A stretch of DNA of 64,000 nucleotides from Cyanidioschyzon merolae (lineage: Eukaryota): assembly GCA_000091205.1 (NCBI GenBank), contig AP006499.2. The stretch is one strand, 5' to 3'. Position 1 is the stretch's first letter, and every line of letters starts with the position of its first letter. This document shows positions 45,301 through 55,690 of the stretch, piece by piece. The position numbers were made by a program, and so were the translations under genes. The notes beneath the pieces are model-generated. The model worked only from the letters and a program-made list of their open reading frames with translations, ran no database searches and was not told the DNA's origin.

Positions 45301-46356
45301 AGCGCATTCCTCTTGGAGACGCTGCTCGCGATCCCGCAGAAGCTGTAACTGCTTTTGCAACTGCAAGCTCTCCTCGGATGCTTTTCTGTACTCAGCATCA
45401 ACTTGACTGTACTCAGCAGTGATGCGAGTAAGCAGTCGCTCCAGATCTTGGGTTGTTTCCGTGAGTTCTTTGCCGAGTTCGCGCCATAAACGATCACGTT
45501 CCTCAGTCCGGATTCGGATTTCGTCACGCAGCGCCTGCAACTGCCGGCGCCGTTCGACCTCCTTTGCACGCGCTTCCTCAAGCTCTGTGACCGCTCGTAT
45601 TTTCTCACTCAGTTCCGTTTCGAGGGTCCCCAGCGAATTCGACCATTCGAGGCATTGGGCTTGCATGCTTCGACAGTTTCGTTGCTTTTGCTTCAGGTTT
45701 TCGAGGCGATCCCGCCAACGCTCTAGTTCCGAATGCAGAATCTTGAGTTCGGCGAGCTTCTGCTGCGCACACTTCTGAATCGCGATGAGGGCTTTTGCGT
45801 AACCGCGTGCCTCGAAAATATCGTCGAATTTTTCCTTGACTTTCTTCGGATCTTGCAACGGCCATAGGGACTCTTCTTGATGAACGAAAATCACGTTCTC
45901 TAGAACCGCCTGGCGCACACCAAGAAACGCTGGAGCCATCGCATTAATGTCATTGCATCGGTTTGAGGTTTTGATGTGCTGTCCGTCCTTGTCCCGAATG
46001 CTGAGGCTTGTCTCCACGGTGCTGAAACTCTGTTTCCCAGCAGTTGTGAGCCGAAGCTGGAGCTGGCGGTTCACGGTAATCTGTCGACCAAGCGCGTCTT
46101 CAAATAGCAGGCGAATTTTGGCCTTCGTTTCCTTGCTTTCACGCAAACGTGGATCGTGCACAAAAGCGGCGCCTTTGTCGACGAGCGGCGGCAACTCGCC
46201 AGTCGTTGCCAAGCGCAGGCACTCCACTATGGTAGTCTTTCCGGTGCCGTTCGCCCCCAGTATGACGGTTATCGGCGCCTGGAAGCGTAGGCGTTGCTCT
46301 TCATCCGGACCGAAACTCCGTACGCCTGAGAAGCCTAGTTTGATCAGACGTGACAT
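42388..46356 (-). CDS. RAD50: DNA double-strand break repair protein Rad50
   Basis: N-terminal 'MSRLIKLGFSGVRSFG...ITVILGANGTGKTTIVECL' (Walker A). The zinc hook 'CPLCDRAF' sits in the middle of long coiled coils. C-terminal signature 'SGGQKVLACLLIRLALAENF...LALDEPTTNLD'. ATG at 46356 (the listing begins at a GTG two codons upstream). Confidence 0.9.
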   Translation of the reverse strand: MSRLIKLGFSGVRSFGPDEEQRLRFQAPITVILGANGTGKTTIVECLRLATTGELPPLVDKGAAFVHDPRLRESKETKAKIRLLFEDALGRQITVNRQLQLRLTTAGKQSFSTVETSLSIRDKDGQHIKTSNRCNDINAMAPAFLGVRQAVLENVIFVHQEESLWPLQDPKKVKEKFDDIFEARGYAKALIAIQKCAQQKLAELKILHSELERWRDRLENLKQKQRNCRSMQAQCLEWSNSLGTLETELSEKIRAVTELEEARAKEVERRRQLQALRDEIRIRTEERDRLWRELGKELTETTQDLERLLTRITAEYSQVDAEYRKASEESLQLQKQLQLLRDREQRLQEECAAYSCQQAAIERQRASCAELLREIRKSHSIDGTDIGEGAIERSAKDLIHILERSRNDCEREMEHFKRLWEDALQREQKLKLELESDQRQAQQIRNEIATLEEACAETAARLQSLPMNVEIVAMKSALLVQFQAEKQQVDEELSNQTDMDRMSTIRKRLEQIFEVRTKNLASRRNDVTHTATRGDTNASAIAAAFQKFREEEEASIQRLLEQRRLPSCSVSEAQDRLASAERNLSAVRNRIMGTELEMRLRRAICDKESERLLSMRSRLREIDASVQPGTVDAECLKSQISALKRRHLELESTALERDGQANWLEEMRKRVHEQKTCPLCDRAFSGMAEAANVESALARVRNTLTQAADSDSLEYVQDALNRAEHQWRLLEERAAITLQEQRSISRIRSAESEIQRLEDARRSERTDQQVAEHELADARELLWYARRLAHLRQEMAPSGPSSASGIAASSPVVAALEVDTREAPHQPTSAGDALAREETSLRGELDTLLGRRQELLVRAQELHDLIQTTEKELTAERAKQHDRDQLEACLAEKRKQRSEKQASLCALDQKVEEALLQAAPPASAALLARLEAVRSRHRAIHTDLIRLENRLQVYIQESRRFEGDAHKLAHKQLETCREQIIQTLAEEAQAVQVVAQWAGQRQNADSYLRQVRDNLRYRQLQEMLVELQQKDVELASTLPMTDEHDPHVSALEAAKAEADTLREKVHHLRGQRDLLAEQLRALTVELDADVFAQAEQQFQALRLQCDVIELVCRDLRNYHRALDLAIMRYHDLKMRSINRVLRELWQSTYLGSDIEEIEIRSDFVADSLPMGRRTYHYRVVMRQGDTWLDMRGRCSAGQKVLACLLIRLALAENFGNACGVLALDEPTTNLDESHVKALAASLSLLIQQRAQQRNFQLILITHEERFLDYLHIREYADSYIYVTRNRQGLSQIQHHSLNETTGRREASELPFAYPGPLVVTAR

Positions 46357-46417
46357 AAACACACGAACAGGCGACCTTTCTCGCGCCTAAACGACAAACG
46401 TTGCTGCGGTCGACAGC

Positions 46418-48710
46418 ATCGTAGTGGCGGCGAACGCGCCCTATCCAAGACGTCTCCAACTGATGTGCAGACGCGTCCCAGTCTTTTCGGACCGGCCACC
46501 TACTAATGCATTCGACTTCTTCTCGTATATATCCATCTTGACAGATTGTCCCACAAAATGCTCTCGTGTCAATTCGGGAGGTCTCGTCTCCAGCACCGCA
46601 CATCTTATGTTGATTGCGGCATTAAAACGTCGGTTCACGAACTCCATATGTTTCTTGCCGTTGCTTTTAGAACTCACTCATGCACGTGGCCCTTCAACTT
46701 TCATCCTCCTTTCCATTTGCTCTTCCGTCAGCGCTCCGTACTTTTCTATATCTTCAGGGCTCAGCTGACACTTTTCCATCTCGACTCTCTGAAGTGTGCA
46801 CCCCGTTCATGGTGTGTATACGATGTTCGAAACTCATCTATCGGTATCGTAACGATACGCCTGGCGCATTCCTTGTACGTTTTTGTCGACGGAGCTGGCG
46901 TAGTCCCTTTTTTGGACGCCCTGCTGCATATGCTTCTACTAGCCTTTGACTCTCGTCCTCCGTGAAAGCGCTCAACTGATTGAAAAAGTTGGCGAATGCA
47001 CGCTGCTTCCTACAGTACATGTTCATACGCTGCCGAGCCGGCCGGGGCGTGGTACACTCTCCTCACAGCACATCCCAATGAGCAACGCGAACTTGTATGA
47101 ATTTCAGAAAAGCCTCAAAGTTCGCGCCGCGGCTCGTCACCTCGCTCAAAGCTTCCAGGTGCTCTTTCACTCCTGCATGCCATGTCTCACTTTTCTTCCT
47201 CGCATTCATGATTCCCGATTCTCGATAGAATCCCGCTCTCGAGAATCTCAAAAGACGCACGTCTTTCTGGCGCAAGTTACCGTCGATGCTCTCTTCCATA
47301 CGCTTCGGTGCTGCGATGGTTCTGATTATCGTGTGTTCCCATGGTCCGAGCCAGTGACAAAATCGTTACCCTGAACTTTCTGCGTCACTGGATCCGCCTT
47401 TTTGTTTTCTTCATGCTTCGTCATGGGCGATATCGAAGACGTAACTGGACGTTTCGCCTTCAAGCGCCGATAGTGTACGCACATGGCTACTCCATCGGTT
47501 TCGATTATCCCAGTGAATACCTTTTGCTTGCTTACTTTGAGTCGTTTGAAATCGAAGGTATTCTTCCAGTAGGTCTCCCGGTTTTCACCGGGGAACTCCG
47601 TGTTGCTTTCATCGAACTCCGGACGGATCTCCTTCGTGATGCTGTAGAGGACTCTGGAGTCGATGGTCACAAAATTTGACTCGATGTTGCACAACGGAAC
47701 GCAATTGAAGCGCTTCCCCATTAGGAAAGCCTTACGTCTCTCCCACTCTTCATTGTTTTTCCTTACTCAGCTTCATCTCCGCGTTGCGTTCTAGTTCTCG
47801 GTTCAAAAACATGAAATATCGCAAGACGAGGCGATTGTATCTTTCCTTATCTTTTTTTCAACTCTGATATCTTTTCCGCTGGACTCGCCAGCCCCAGTAC
47901 CGCACGGTGCTCTTGTATAACCGCACGGATTACGGAAGCTTCATTTGTGCCCTCGTTTGACGCCTTCTTGTCGACGAATTCGACCTCATCTTCATGCTTG
48001 GGATCCTTCGTGATGCCATTGATAATCGCCCACATTCCTTTGCGAGAGATGCCAGGGTACAGCGCAAACACGGCGCGTATCATGAAATGTTCGAGGTTCA
48101 CTGTGAAATGGTTCTTCAGGTTCGTGATGTACTTCATCGCTCCGTAGGTGTAAATATCCGCTTCACCCTTGTATCGAGTACCGTTGAAGCGGTATTCGGC
48201 GTAATTTTCGTGAACGCCATGCACTCGCTCATTTCTCCTCGACGGTTCCCCTGTACCAAGCATCAGGTGACGAATAAAGGTCTTGTCGAAAAACTCGTAC
48301 GGAACCTCGTCTGTTTCCATGTGCGTCACGTCGCGATACATCTCCTTTACGAAATGCAGCAGTCCTGACGATGCCTTTACAATACTCATGGGGTACGAGT
48401 CGACACGGTTTCTGATGGCGTCTCGCAACTTTTGCCTGCAGAGATCCTTGATATGCCCAAAAAGACAGGCTTTCACCACCATCTCGTCGTTGTGTCGTCT
48501 TTCGTGCGGGTTCTGACTTCGGGCTTCCCTGTTTTGCTTCTTCGTCTTGTCTTGTTCCTCTTTGCTCCGCCATGTTTTTCGTTGTCTCCGGCAGCCAGTG
48601 ACATTTAGCCTCCAGGTCCTCAACTTGCTTTTCCATAACTTTCTTGTATTTATTTTGGAAAGGAACGCACGTAGAACGCTTCTGCTACAAACGGCGAAAA
48701 TCACTTGAAT
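46418..48710 (-). pseudogene. Decayed Fanzor/TnpB-like (IS200/IS605-family RuvC nuclease) gene, locus C, the longest copy
   Basis: The minus-strand ORF fragments 47847..48704, 47326..47721, 47063..47299, 46838..47026 and 46441..46677 lie in frames 2,0,1,1,0 and are separated by stops or frameshifts. The final fragment reads '...KKHMEFVNRRFNAAINIRCAVLETRPPELTREHFVGQ' (RuvC-III). '[11 protein letters not shown]' is RuvC-I-like. 'IPIDEFRTSYTHHERG' is a Cys-to-His-decayed zinc-finger remnant. 'CTLQRVEMEKCQLSPEDI' is separated from the RuvC-III frame by a single TGA. The region is AT-richer than its flanks. Confidence 0.5.
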
Positions 48711-48921
48711 GAGCTTACTTGAGGGTTGGAAAACAATTCAGCTGAAAAACTATACTTTGCTATTACTTGAACGCAAATACAACTTTTACGGTAGAACAAC
48801 ACGCAAATATTCAGGATCGCGTTTCCCTTCAACGGCGAGATACTCCTCCTGTCTCATGCCTGCCAGATATCCCAGGTGTGCGTATCGACCACGCTATATA
48901 GAACAAATAACAGAGACTAAC

Positions 48922-49572
48922 GATGAACTAGCAACGATATAAATATTTATTCCCCCTAGATGAAACGTTAAAAACGGTAAAGGCTTCCCGTACTGTCGAA
49001 AGTTTACCTTACAGGCGGAGGGTCCCGCGAGCCGGGCGACTCTGCTGGGCTGGTGCCCGGTGTGCCTCTAAAGTGGCAGGTGCTGTGGCGAGACCTGAGC
49101 AACTCGTCCGAAACGCAGTTCAAGCTGGAATAAGGGGCATTTGGCCTGCGTTTCAGCGTCGCCCCGGTCGCAGTGGACTCCCAGCATATCGCTTCGCGCT
49201 GCCGCAGACAGTATGTCTGTCCGCGTAGCTTGCAGGCTCCCCGAATAATTATGTATTCCGACCTCGTGTCGAGTGCACCACGCCTCGAGTCAACGCCCGC
49301 AGCGGAACAGCAAAGCCGTACAGTCTCCGGGATATATCTGCTCTGGCGGTTTTGGCGCCACCGCGGGGGCCGCAAGGCAGGCACTCAGCACACGATAGCG
49401 TGTACAAAACGACCCGTATACTCGGGAGGAAGTAAAAGCAATGGAACTTGAGGGCAGGTGCTTCATGATGGACGCCTTTTCGATTACCACTATCCATCCC
49501 GCAATCTGGGATCCATGGTCGATGGAGACGAATTTTGTCATCGGAAAAAATCGATCGCCATCCCATCGGCCT
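48922..49572. repeat. 650-bp dispersed direct repeat, copy 1 (98.5% identical to copy 2)
   Basis: Aligns base-for-base with 50844..51505 (about 9 differences). It lies ~110 bp upstream of the Rab ATG (49782). Confidence 0.9.
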
Positions 49573-49781
49573 GATGGCGCTCCTGATGGCAATGCGCGCC
49601 TGTATACAACAGGGGCGCGAAACTGTCTCGGTTCCCATACGGGTCGTGTTTCACGTTAACGCTGCTCGACTCCTGTGTGTTTGTGTGTGCCCGACGTGAT
49701 AGTGGCCAAGCGGGAAGGCTCGCCCTTCTTTCCATTGAACCGTTATGCGTGGAATCCTCACCTGTAAAACTACCTGTTGTG

Positions 49782-50384
49782 ATGCAGAGACCTTTGGTTG
49801 CGCTGAAGATCGTTCTCGTGGGCAATAGTGCAGTGGGCAAGTCATCTCTCTTGCTACGATTTGCGGAAGGCACGTTTGCGGAACTGCCAGCCACAGTAGG
49901 CGTAGACTTTCGAGTGATCTCACTGGAAAACGTCCAGGGCTATCGTGTCAAACTCACCTGCTGGGACACCGCGGGACAGGAAAAGTTTCGCACCCTGACG
50001 TCATCTTATTATCGCGGTGCACACGGTGTTATTATGGTGTACGGTATAGATGATCCAGAGTCGCTGAAGCATCTTGAGACAGCTTGGCTAGAAGAAGCGA
50101 GACGGTATGTGAATAACCCAAACGCTGTTTATATGATAGTGGGCAACAAATCGGACCTGCCGACTGCTGTGGTGCCCAGGGCAGACGGGCGGCGACTCGC
50201 TGAGCGTGTTGGCGCACTCTTTCTCGAGACAAGTGCAAAGTCAGGTTCTGGAGTATCGGAGTGCTTTGTAGAGCTTGTTGCACGTATATTGGAGGCACAA
50301 CCCCATGTAACAGGTGATGGCGAGCAAGCAGGAGTTCAACTGGAAGCCGGTCCGTATCATGAAACAGCCTCATGTCTTTGTTGA
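49782..50384 (+). CDS. Rab-family small GTPase (Rab18-like), C-terminal CxC prenylation motif
   Basis: 'KIVLVGNSAVGKSSLLLRF' (G1), 'TVGVDF' (switch I), 'WDTAGQEKFRTLTSSYYRGAHGVIMVYGIDD' (G3/switch II), 'GNKSDL' (G4), 'ETSAKSG' (G5). The protein ends '...SCLC*'. ATG at 49782. Confidence 0.85.
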   Translation: MQRPLVALKIVLVGNSAVGKSSLLLRFAEGTFAELPATVGVDFRVISLENVQGYRVKLTCWDTAGQEKFRTLTSSYYRGAHGVIMVYGIDDPESLKHLETAWLEEARRYVNNPNAVYMIVGNKSDLPTAVVPRADGRRLAERVGALFLETSAKSGSGVSECFVELVARILEAQPHVTGDGEQAGVQLEAGPYHETASCLC

Positions 50385-50843
50385 TCATCGCCGAGCTGAG
50401 CATCGCGCTGTGCACACTAGACATGATTCGGAAGCGATGGACCTGGATTTCGAGCCGAGTGGGGAGGCTCTGCAGCTGAATAGCACCAAGCTTGTAAAAT
50501 TCTCCTAACAACATACATATTTGCAGACATTAGGTAGTGCACAATTTGATGACCCGCACAACAGCGAGTTTGCGGTATGTCTCGAAAATCCAGTGGGCAT
50601 GTGCAGAGATACACATATGAGGTACAAGGCAAATTCCACAAGAATCCGACGATGCGTCTCAAGTGTACGGATTGTTTGTCCACGTCATCGGTGCATAAAG
50701 AAGCCGCTACACGGCACCGTGACGCAAAGACAGGTATCACACCGACGCTTTCAGAAAAGTACACACTTTGCGTAGCGCATTGCTGCGCGTCTTTCCAAGG
50801 TCCAGCGAAACCGAATCGAGCCTAGATCGAGGTGCACAGCAGG

Positions 50844-51505
50844 AGACTAACGATTAACTAGCAACGATACAAATATTTATTCCCCCTAGATTAAACGTTA
50901 AAAACGGTAAAGGCTTCCCGTACTGTCGAAAGTTTACCTTATAGGCGGAGGGTCCCGCGAGCCGGGCGACTCTGCTGGGCTGGTGCCCGGTGTGCCTCTA
51001 AAGTGGCAGGTGCTGTGGCGAGACCTGAGCAACTCGTCCGAAACGCAATTCAAGCTGGAATAAGGGGCATTTGGCCTGCGTCTCAGCGTCGCCCCGGTCG
51101 CAGTGGACTCCCAGCATATCGCTTCGCGCTGCCGCAGACAGTATGTCTGTCCGCGTAGCTTGCAGGCTCCCCGAATGATTATGTATTCCGACCTCGTGTC
51201 GAGTGCACCACGCCTCGAGTCAACGCCCGCAGCGGAACAGCAAAGCCGTACAGTCTCCGGGATATATCTGCTCTGGCGGTTTTGGCGCCACCGCGGGGGC
51301 CGCAAGGCAGGCACTCAGCACACGATAGCGTGTACAAAACGACCAGTATACTCGGGAGGAAGTAAAAGCAATGGAACTTGAGGGCAGGTGCTTCATGATG
51401 GACGCCTTTTCGATTACCACTATCCATCCCGCAATCTGGGATCCATGGTCGATGGAGACGAATTTTGTCATCGGAAAAATCGATCGCCATCCCATCGACG
51501 CGCTT
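50844..51505. repeat. 650-bp dispersed direct repeat, copy 2
   Basis: See copy 1. It lies ~118 bp upstream of the p23 ATG (51623). Confidence 0.9.
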
Positions 51506-51622
51506 CCAATGCCTTCGCGGAGCCGACGGCGTCCGCGTGTCCCGCAGCATCCGTATCTTGTTGCGTCTACTTAGGTGCGCAACACAGGTAACAGAGTATT
51601 CGTCTGAGATCAGGTACGTGAA

Positions 51623-52333
51623 ATGGTGCTTACTCCAGATTTTTGTTGGGCGCAACGCAAAGACAAGGTATTCGTCACCGTGAAGGTTCCAAACGTGCAG
51701 AAAGACACTGCTGTCCTGAAGGTCACCCCCGAAGGACAGGTGTACTTTAAGGGAACCGGCGGTGAGATTGGGCACGAACGGGAGTATGAGCTCGACATTC
51801 GGTTGCTTCACGGAATCAAGGCGGAGGAAGCACAGCACGGCATCCAAGCGAGGCAAGTGTACTTTGTGTTGCCTAAAGCGGAGGCCGGTGAATGGTGGCC
51901 ACGACTCCTTCACGATCCGGGCCGAAATGTACACCTGTCCGTGGACTGGAACCTCTGGGTCGACGAGGACGAGGATGATCAGTTTGATTTCGGTAGTCAC
52001 TTTGGATCGCGTGATATGGCCGACCTGGACTTTGGAATGGGTGACGACGACGACCTTGGTGACGACGAGGACGACGACGACGACGACGAAGGCGTTGATG
52101 GCGAGGGCGGCCTCGGCGACACGGAAGAAAAGGAGGACGCCCAGGAAGCCGCGGCGGACGTGACGCCGACGTTGTCTGAGAACCACATGCACCGCGATCA
52201 GGAGGCAGATGAGAATGACGTTGTTAAGAGCGAGCCAGGTACCGTGACTGAGGCTGCCAAGGATCTGGGTAAAAATGCCGAGTCCGTACAGGCAGCGTCA
52301 ACCGAGGGGCCTGCGTCAGTGTTTTCCTCTTGA
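51623..52333 (+). CDS. p23/Sba1-type Hsp90 co-chaperone (CS domain + acidic tail)
   Basis: 'LTPDFCWAQRKDKVFVTVKVPNVQKDTAV...' follows the p23 N-terminus ('WYDRRDYVFIEFCVEDSKDV'). 'WPRLLHDPGRNVHLSVDWNLWVDEDED' follows 'WPRLTKE..K.NWLSVDFNNWKDWEDD'. An acidic D/E-rich tail closes the protein. Confidence 0.8.
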   Translation: MVLTPDFCWAQRKDKVFVTVKVPNVQKDTAVLKVTPEGQVYFKGTGGEIGHEREYELDIRLLHGIKAEEAQHGIQARQVYFVLPKAEAGEWWPRLLHDPGRNVHLSVDWNLWVDEDEDDQFDFGSHFGSRDMADLDFGMGDDDDLGDDEDDDDDDEGVDGEGGLGDTEEKEDAQEAAADVTPTLSENHMHRDQEADENDVVKSEPGTVTEAAKDLGKNAESVQAASTEGPASVFSS

Positions 52334-53818
52334 GCTGGACACGAGGCTTGATAGGTTGCGTACAACTGCCAGCGATTATTTTCAGTAAAAGATTCACAAA
52401 AATCGTGCACAAGATGTTTACCATCGTTTAACCATAGTTTTTCTCCAGTAATAGCATTCTAGGCCTGAGCATACCGCGCCGTGCGGCGGCAGCATGGTCG
52501 ATTGCGTGCCTGGGCCCTGAGCGACTGAAAATCCATCGTGTTCCGAGCGCTGTGCTCGCAAACCTCGTTCACAGTTGTTCCATGAGGTCTGCATACCCGC
52601 CAGAAGCTGTGATCTGCAGCAAGTGGCGAGCTTGTCTAGAACAGCGCGCGGCAGGTCGCCGAGAGTTGTGTTGTGTCATGACTTGTGCGGCATTTTCGGG
52701 TATTACATACGAGCTGCCCGAGCATACCACCAGATGATCCGTTTCTTGAACAGGGCAGTGAGGAATCCCAAAGTTGCCTGCACCGATGCGGGTGCGTCAG
52801 CAGACACGCGCGCATAGATTCATGGCGCACGACACATCGCCGCCGTCGTTATCACGCGCGCGCCTTCCGCACACCTTTCTCGGATCCATGGACGAATGTC
52901 TCAAACAATGGCTCACGCATTCTGTCCACTCATGTATCCGAAGCGCACACCGTGCACTCGGATTCCGGTTAAAGCGATGCAGTTCAACTGGGGCCGGCTC
53001 CGCACGCGACTCAGGGAATGCACCTGAACTGCGACCAACACGCTTTCAGTCCGTGCGTTCGTTCGAAGCTCTGTACGCGCATTGGCTGATCATGGAACCC
53101 GATTTTGTCTAAGTTCAGGTTTCCGGGTGTGTTGCTCGGAGAGGACGTGCGTGCCCAAGTCGTGCATTACCCTGGTGTAGCAAATACAATGCGTTTTGCG
53201 CATTTCTGTGATATGCGACCAAGACACTGCTGCTTCGGAGTGTATGATCCTCTCAGCAACTGAAGTTGACACCCCAGGAGCACCGGCATGAATCACCCTG
53301 TCTCCGTGCAGCGTCCGCAGCGATGCTGCGGGCACCCCGGTGACCGCTCACGAGAGGCACGACACCCCGAGGATCGTATGAATGTTTCACGATCCCCCAA
53401 GTCTCGATAGGACGTGTTCGTCGTCTGTGGAGGATCTTGTGCGGAGTAGTGATTACGTCCCTGAATGCCGATACCAGCTGACAGCCTGACCATCCATCGG
53501 TAGCTTCATAGAACCGCAGCCCCCGCCCCCGCCACCGGCACCATCGAAAGCGAAACATGCGCTGAAATACAGCGCAGCGGATGGATCCTGTACATACTAG
53601 GTTAAAGACATCCACAAGATGATCCACGGACCCCTGTGTCATGGCGTGCATGCGCATCGCCCGCGGCATCGCGAGGCGCACGCCGCCTCGAATCCAACGG
53701 GAGGCAACGGTGCGTGCGCTGCTGCTGATGCGTGCTGCGGATCCTCTGACGCGGGTACGCCTGTTGCGCTTTCGACGTGTAGGCACCTTGCGAGCGGTGA
53801 TCGAAGCGCTAGATTCTA

Positions 53819-55267
53819 ATGCATTGTGCACGCTTTGTATTAGCGTTAGGTCGGCGTGACTTGCGTAGGGCAGAGAAGAGTTGGCCGAGTGATGTATGGA
53901 AAAGGGCGGTGCGAGCGCTGAGCACCTCAAGCGCCACATCGCTTCAAGAGGCCGTGCGCTCAAAGATTGAGCCGATGCGAGCTCAAGTCCACGAGGTTCG
54001 GGAACGATTCGGTGAAGAAGTTCTTGACGCGTGCACCGTTAATCAGGCCTACGGTGGGATGCGCTCTCTGAAGGCCATGGTCTACGAGACGTCACTCCTT
54101 GATCCGCAGGAAGGCATTCGTTTTCGGGGGTTTTCGATCCCCGAGTGTCAACGGTTGTTGCCAAGAGCAAAGCCCTCGGGCGAGCAACCACTTCCCGAAG
54201 GGCTTCTGTGGCTCCTCCTGACAGGTGAAATTCCGACGGAGTCGCAGGTCGAGAGCGTTTGCCAGGATTTGAAGCGGCGGGCAGCCGTTCCCCCGGAAGT
54301 GTTGCGCTTGTTAGACGAACTACCCCACGAGCGCATGCATCCCATGACGCAGTTCTCGGTAGCTGTTAGTCTTCTGCAGCATGAGTCAAAGATGGCAGAG
54401 GCGTATGCGCAAGGCGCTCCCAAGTCGACCTTCTGGGAATACTGCTTGGAAGACGCATTGACGCTTATCGCTCGGTTACCAGCAGTGGCTGCGAGAATCT
54501 ACCGTAATACGTTTCACGGCGGAAAGCATGTGCCAGCGGAAAAAATTGAAAAAGTCGATGACATGGGCATGCGTTTGGCGAGGTCACTAGGCTTTGAATT
54601 GAACGAATTTGATGAGTTGATGCGGTTGTACCTGGTGCTTCACGCGGATCACGAAGGTGGAAACGTGTCGGCGCATGCCGTGCGCCTGGTCGGTTCGGCG
54701 CTAAGTGACCCGTACTTGTCATTTGCAGCTGGTCTGAACGGTTTGGCGGGACCATTGCACGGCCTGGCAAATCAGGAAGTTTTGCGTTGGCTGCTACAAA
54801 TGAAAGAAAAGCTCGGCAATCGTCCGATGACGACGGAGAATCTGAGGGAACTCTGTTGGGAGACCCTGCGAGAAGGCCACGTCATTCCGGGGTTCGGTCA
54901 CGCGGTCCTGCGGCGAACCGACCCGCGCTACACAGCGCAGCGTGAATTCGCACTCAAGCATTTACCGCACGACGAGATGTTCCAGCTTGTTTCCAAGTTA
55001 TACGAAGTCGTTCCGCGGGTGCTGGAGGAGCAGGGCAAAGTGAAAAACCCGTGGCCCAATGTCGATCAGCATTCAGGAATTCTGCTTCGCTATTATGGAT
55101 TGGTCGAAAGCAACTTTTATACGGTGCTCTTCGGCGTGAGTCGGGCACTGGGAACGCTCTCCTCGCTCGTGTGGGACCGTGCTCTTGGTCTGCCCATTGA
55201 ACGCCCCAAATCAGTCACGACGCAATGGATACGAGAACACTTCGAGAAGCGTTCGGTTTCTGCATAG
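53819..55267 (+). CDS. CS: Citrate synthase, mitochondrial-type, with N-terminal presequence
   Basis: '[15 protein letters not shown]', '[14 protein letters not shown]' and '[10 protein letters not shown]' are the citrate synthase active-site motifs (H274, H320, D375 equivalents). ATG at 53819. The N-terminal stretch is R-rich. Confidence 0.9.
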   Translation: MHCARFVLALGRRDLRRAEKSWPSDVWKRAVRALSTSSATSLQEAVRSKIEPMRAQVHEVRERFGEEVLDACTVNQAYGGMRSLKAMVYETSLLDPQEGIRFRGFSIPECQRLLPRAKPSGEQPLPEGLLWLLLTGEIPTESQVESVCQDLKRRAAVPPEVLRLLDELPHERMHPMTQFSVAVSLLQHESKMAEAYAQGAPKSTFWEYCLEDALTLIARLPAVAARIYRNTFHGGKHVPAEKIEKVDDMGMRLARSLGFELNEFDELMRLYLVLHADHEGGNVSAHAVRLVGSALSDPYLSFAAGLNGLAGPLHGLANQEVLRWLLQMKEKLGNRPMTTENLRELCWETLREGHVIPGFGHAVLRRTDPRYTAQREFALKHLPHDEMFQLVSKLYEVVPRVLEEQGKVKNPWPNVDQHSGILLRYYGLVESNFYTVLFGVSRALGTLSSLVWDRALGLPIERPKSVTTQWIREHFEKRSVSA

Positions 55268-55690
55268 ACTAGCCACCTCTGGCGCTGGCGCGCGCAAACG
55301 CCGGCACCGCGAACACAACCGAGAACGGCCTGCATCTGTCTGTCGCAGGCGCACAACTCGAAAAGGTCCGTACGAGTCATATGCCGAACACACAAGCCTG
55401 AGCCGCATCGATTCCAACGAAGGTTACTTGTGGTAAAAGCAATGACACGAGAATTTCGTACGCGCATTGGCTCACAGCGCGCTTCATCCTCTCCGTCACC
55501 ATTGCGTCGTGCACACACCGCGTGCTGGTTTGGATTGCACGTATGCTTCATGCTTGCAGGAAAGATGCAGCATCCACGCGCTCCTTGGATGCCGCATGGC
55601 GGAGTGCCTGGAATCTCATGCGACCTAGGCGGCCGTACTGGGTGCTCTTGCGGGGTTGCCTCACGAACCGGCAACTGCCGGAAGCGTTTG

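Noticed and set aside
49186-49240. U2 snRNA-like 5' end 'ATCGCTTC...GTATGTCTGT' inside the 650-bp repeat
   Set aside because: The invariant branch-point-binding GUAGUA and the Sm site are absent. The resemblance is limited to the first 8 nt.
49004-49384. 126-aa minus-strand ORF and 92-aa plus-strand ORF duplicated in both 650-bp repeats
   Set aside because: They are reciprocal-strand ORFs with no motifs or domain signal. The few differences between copies fall without regard to codon position. More likely non-coding.
53253-53963. 236-aa minus-strand ORF upstream of citrate synthase
   Set aside because: It overlaps the citrate synthase 5' end in antisense, has an R/C-rich composition and no motifs. 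It is probably non-coding.
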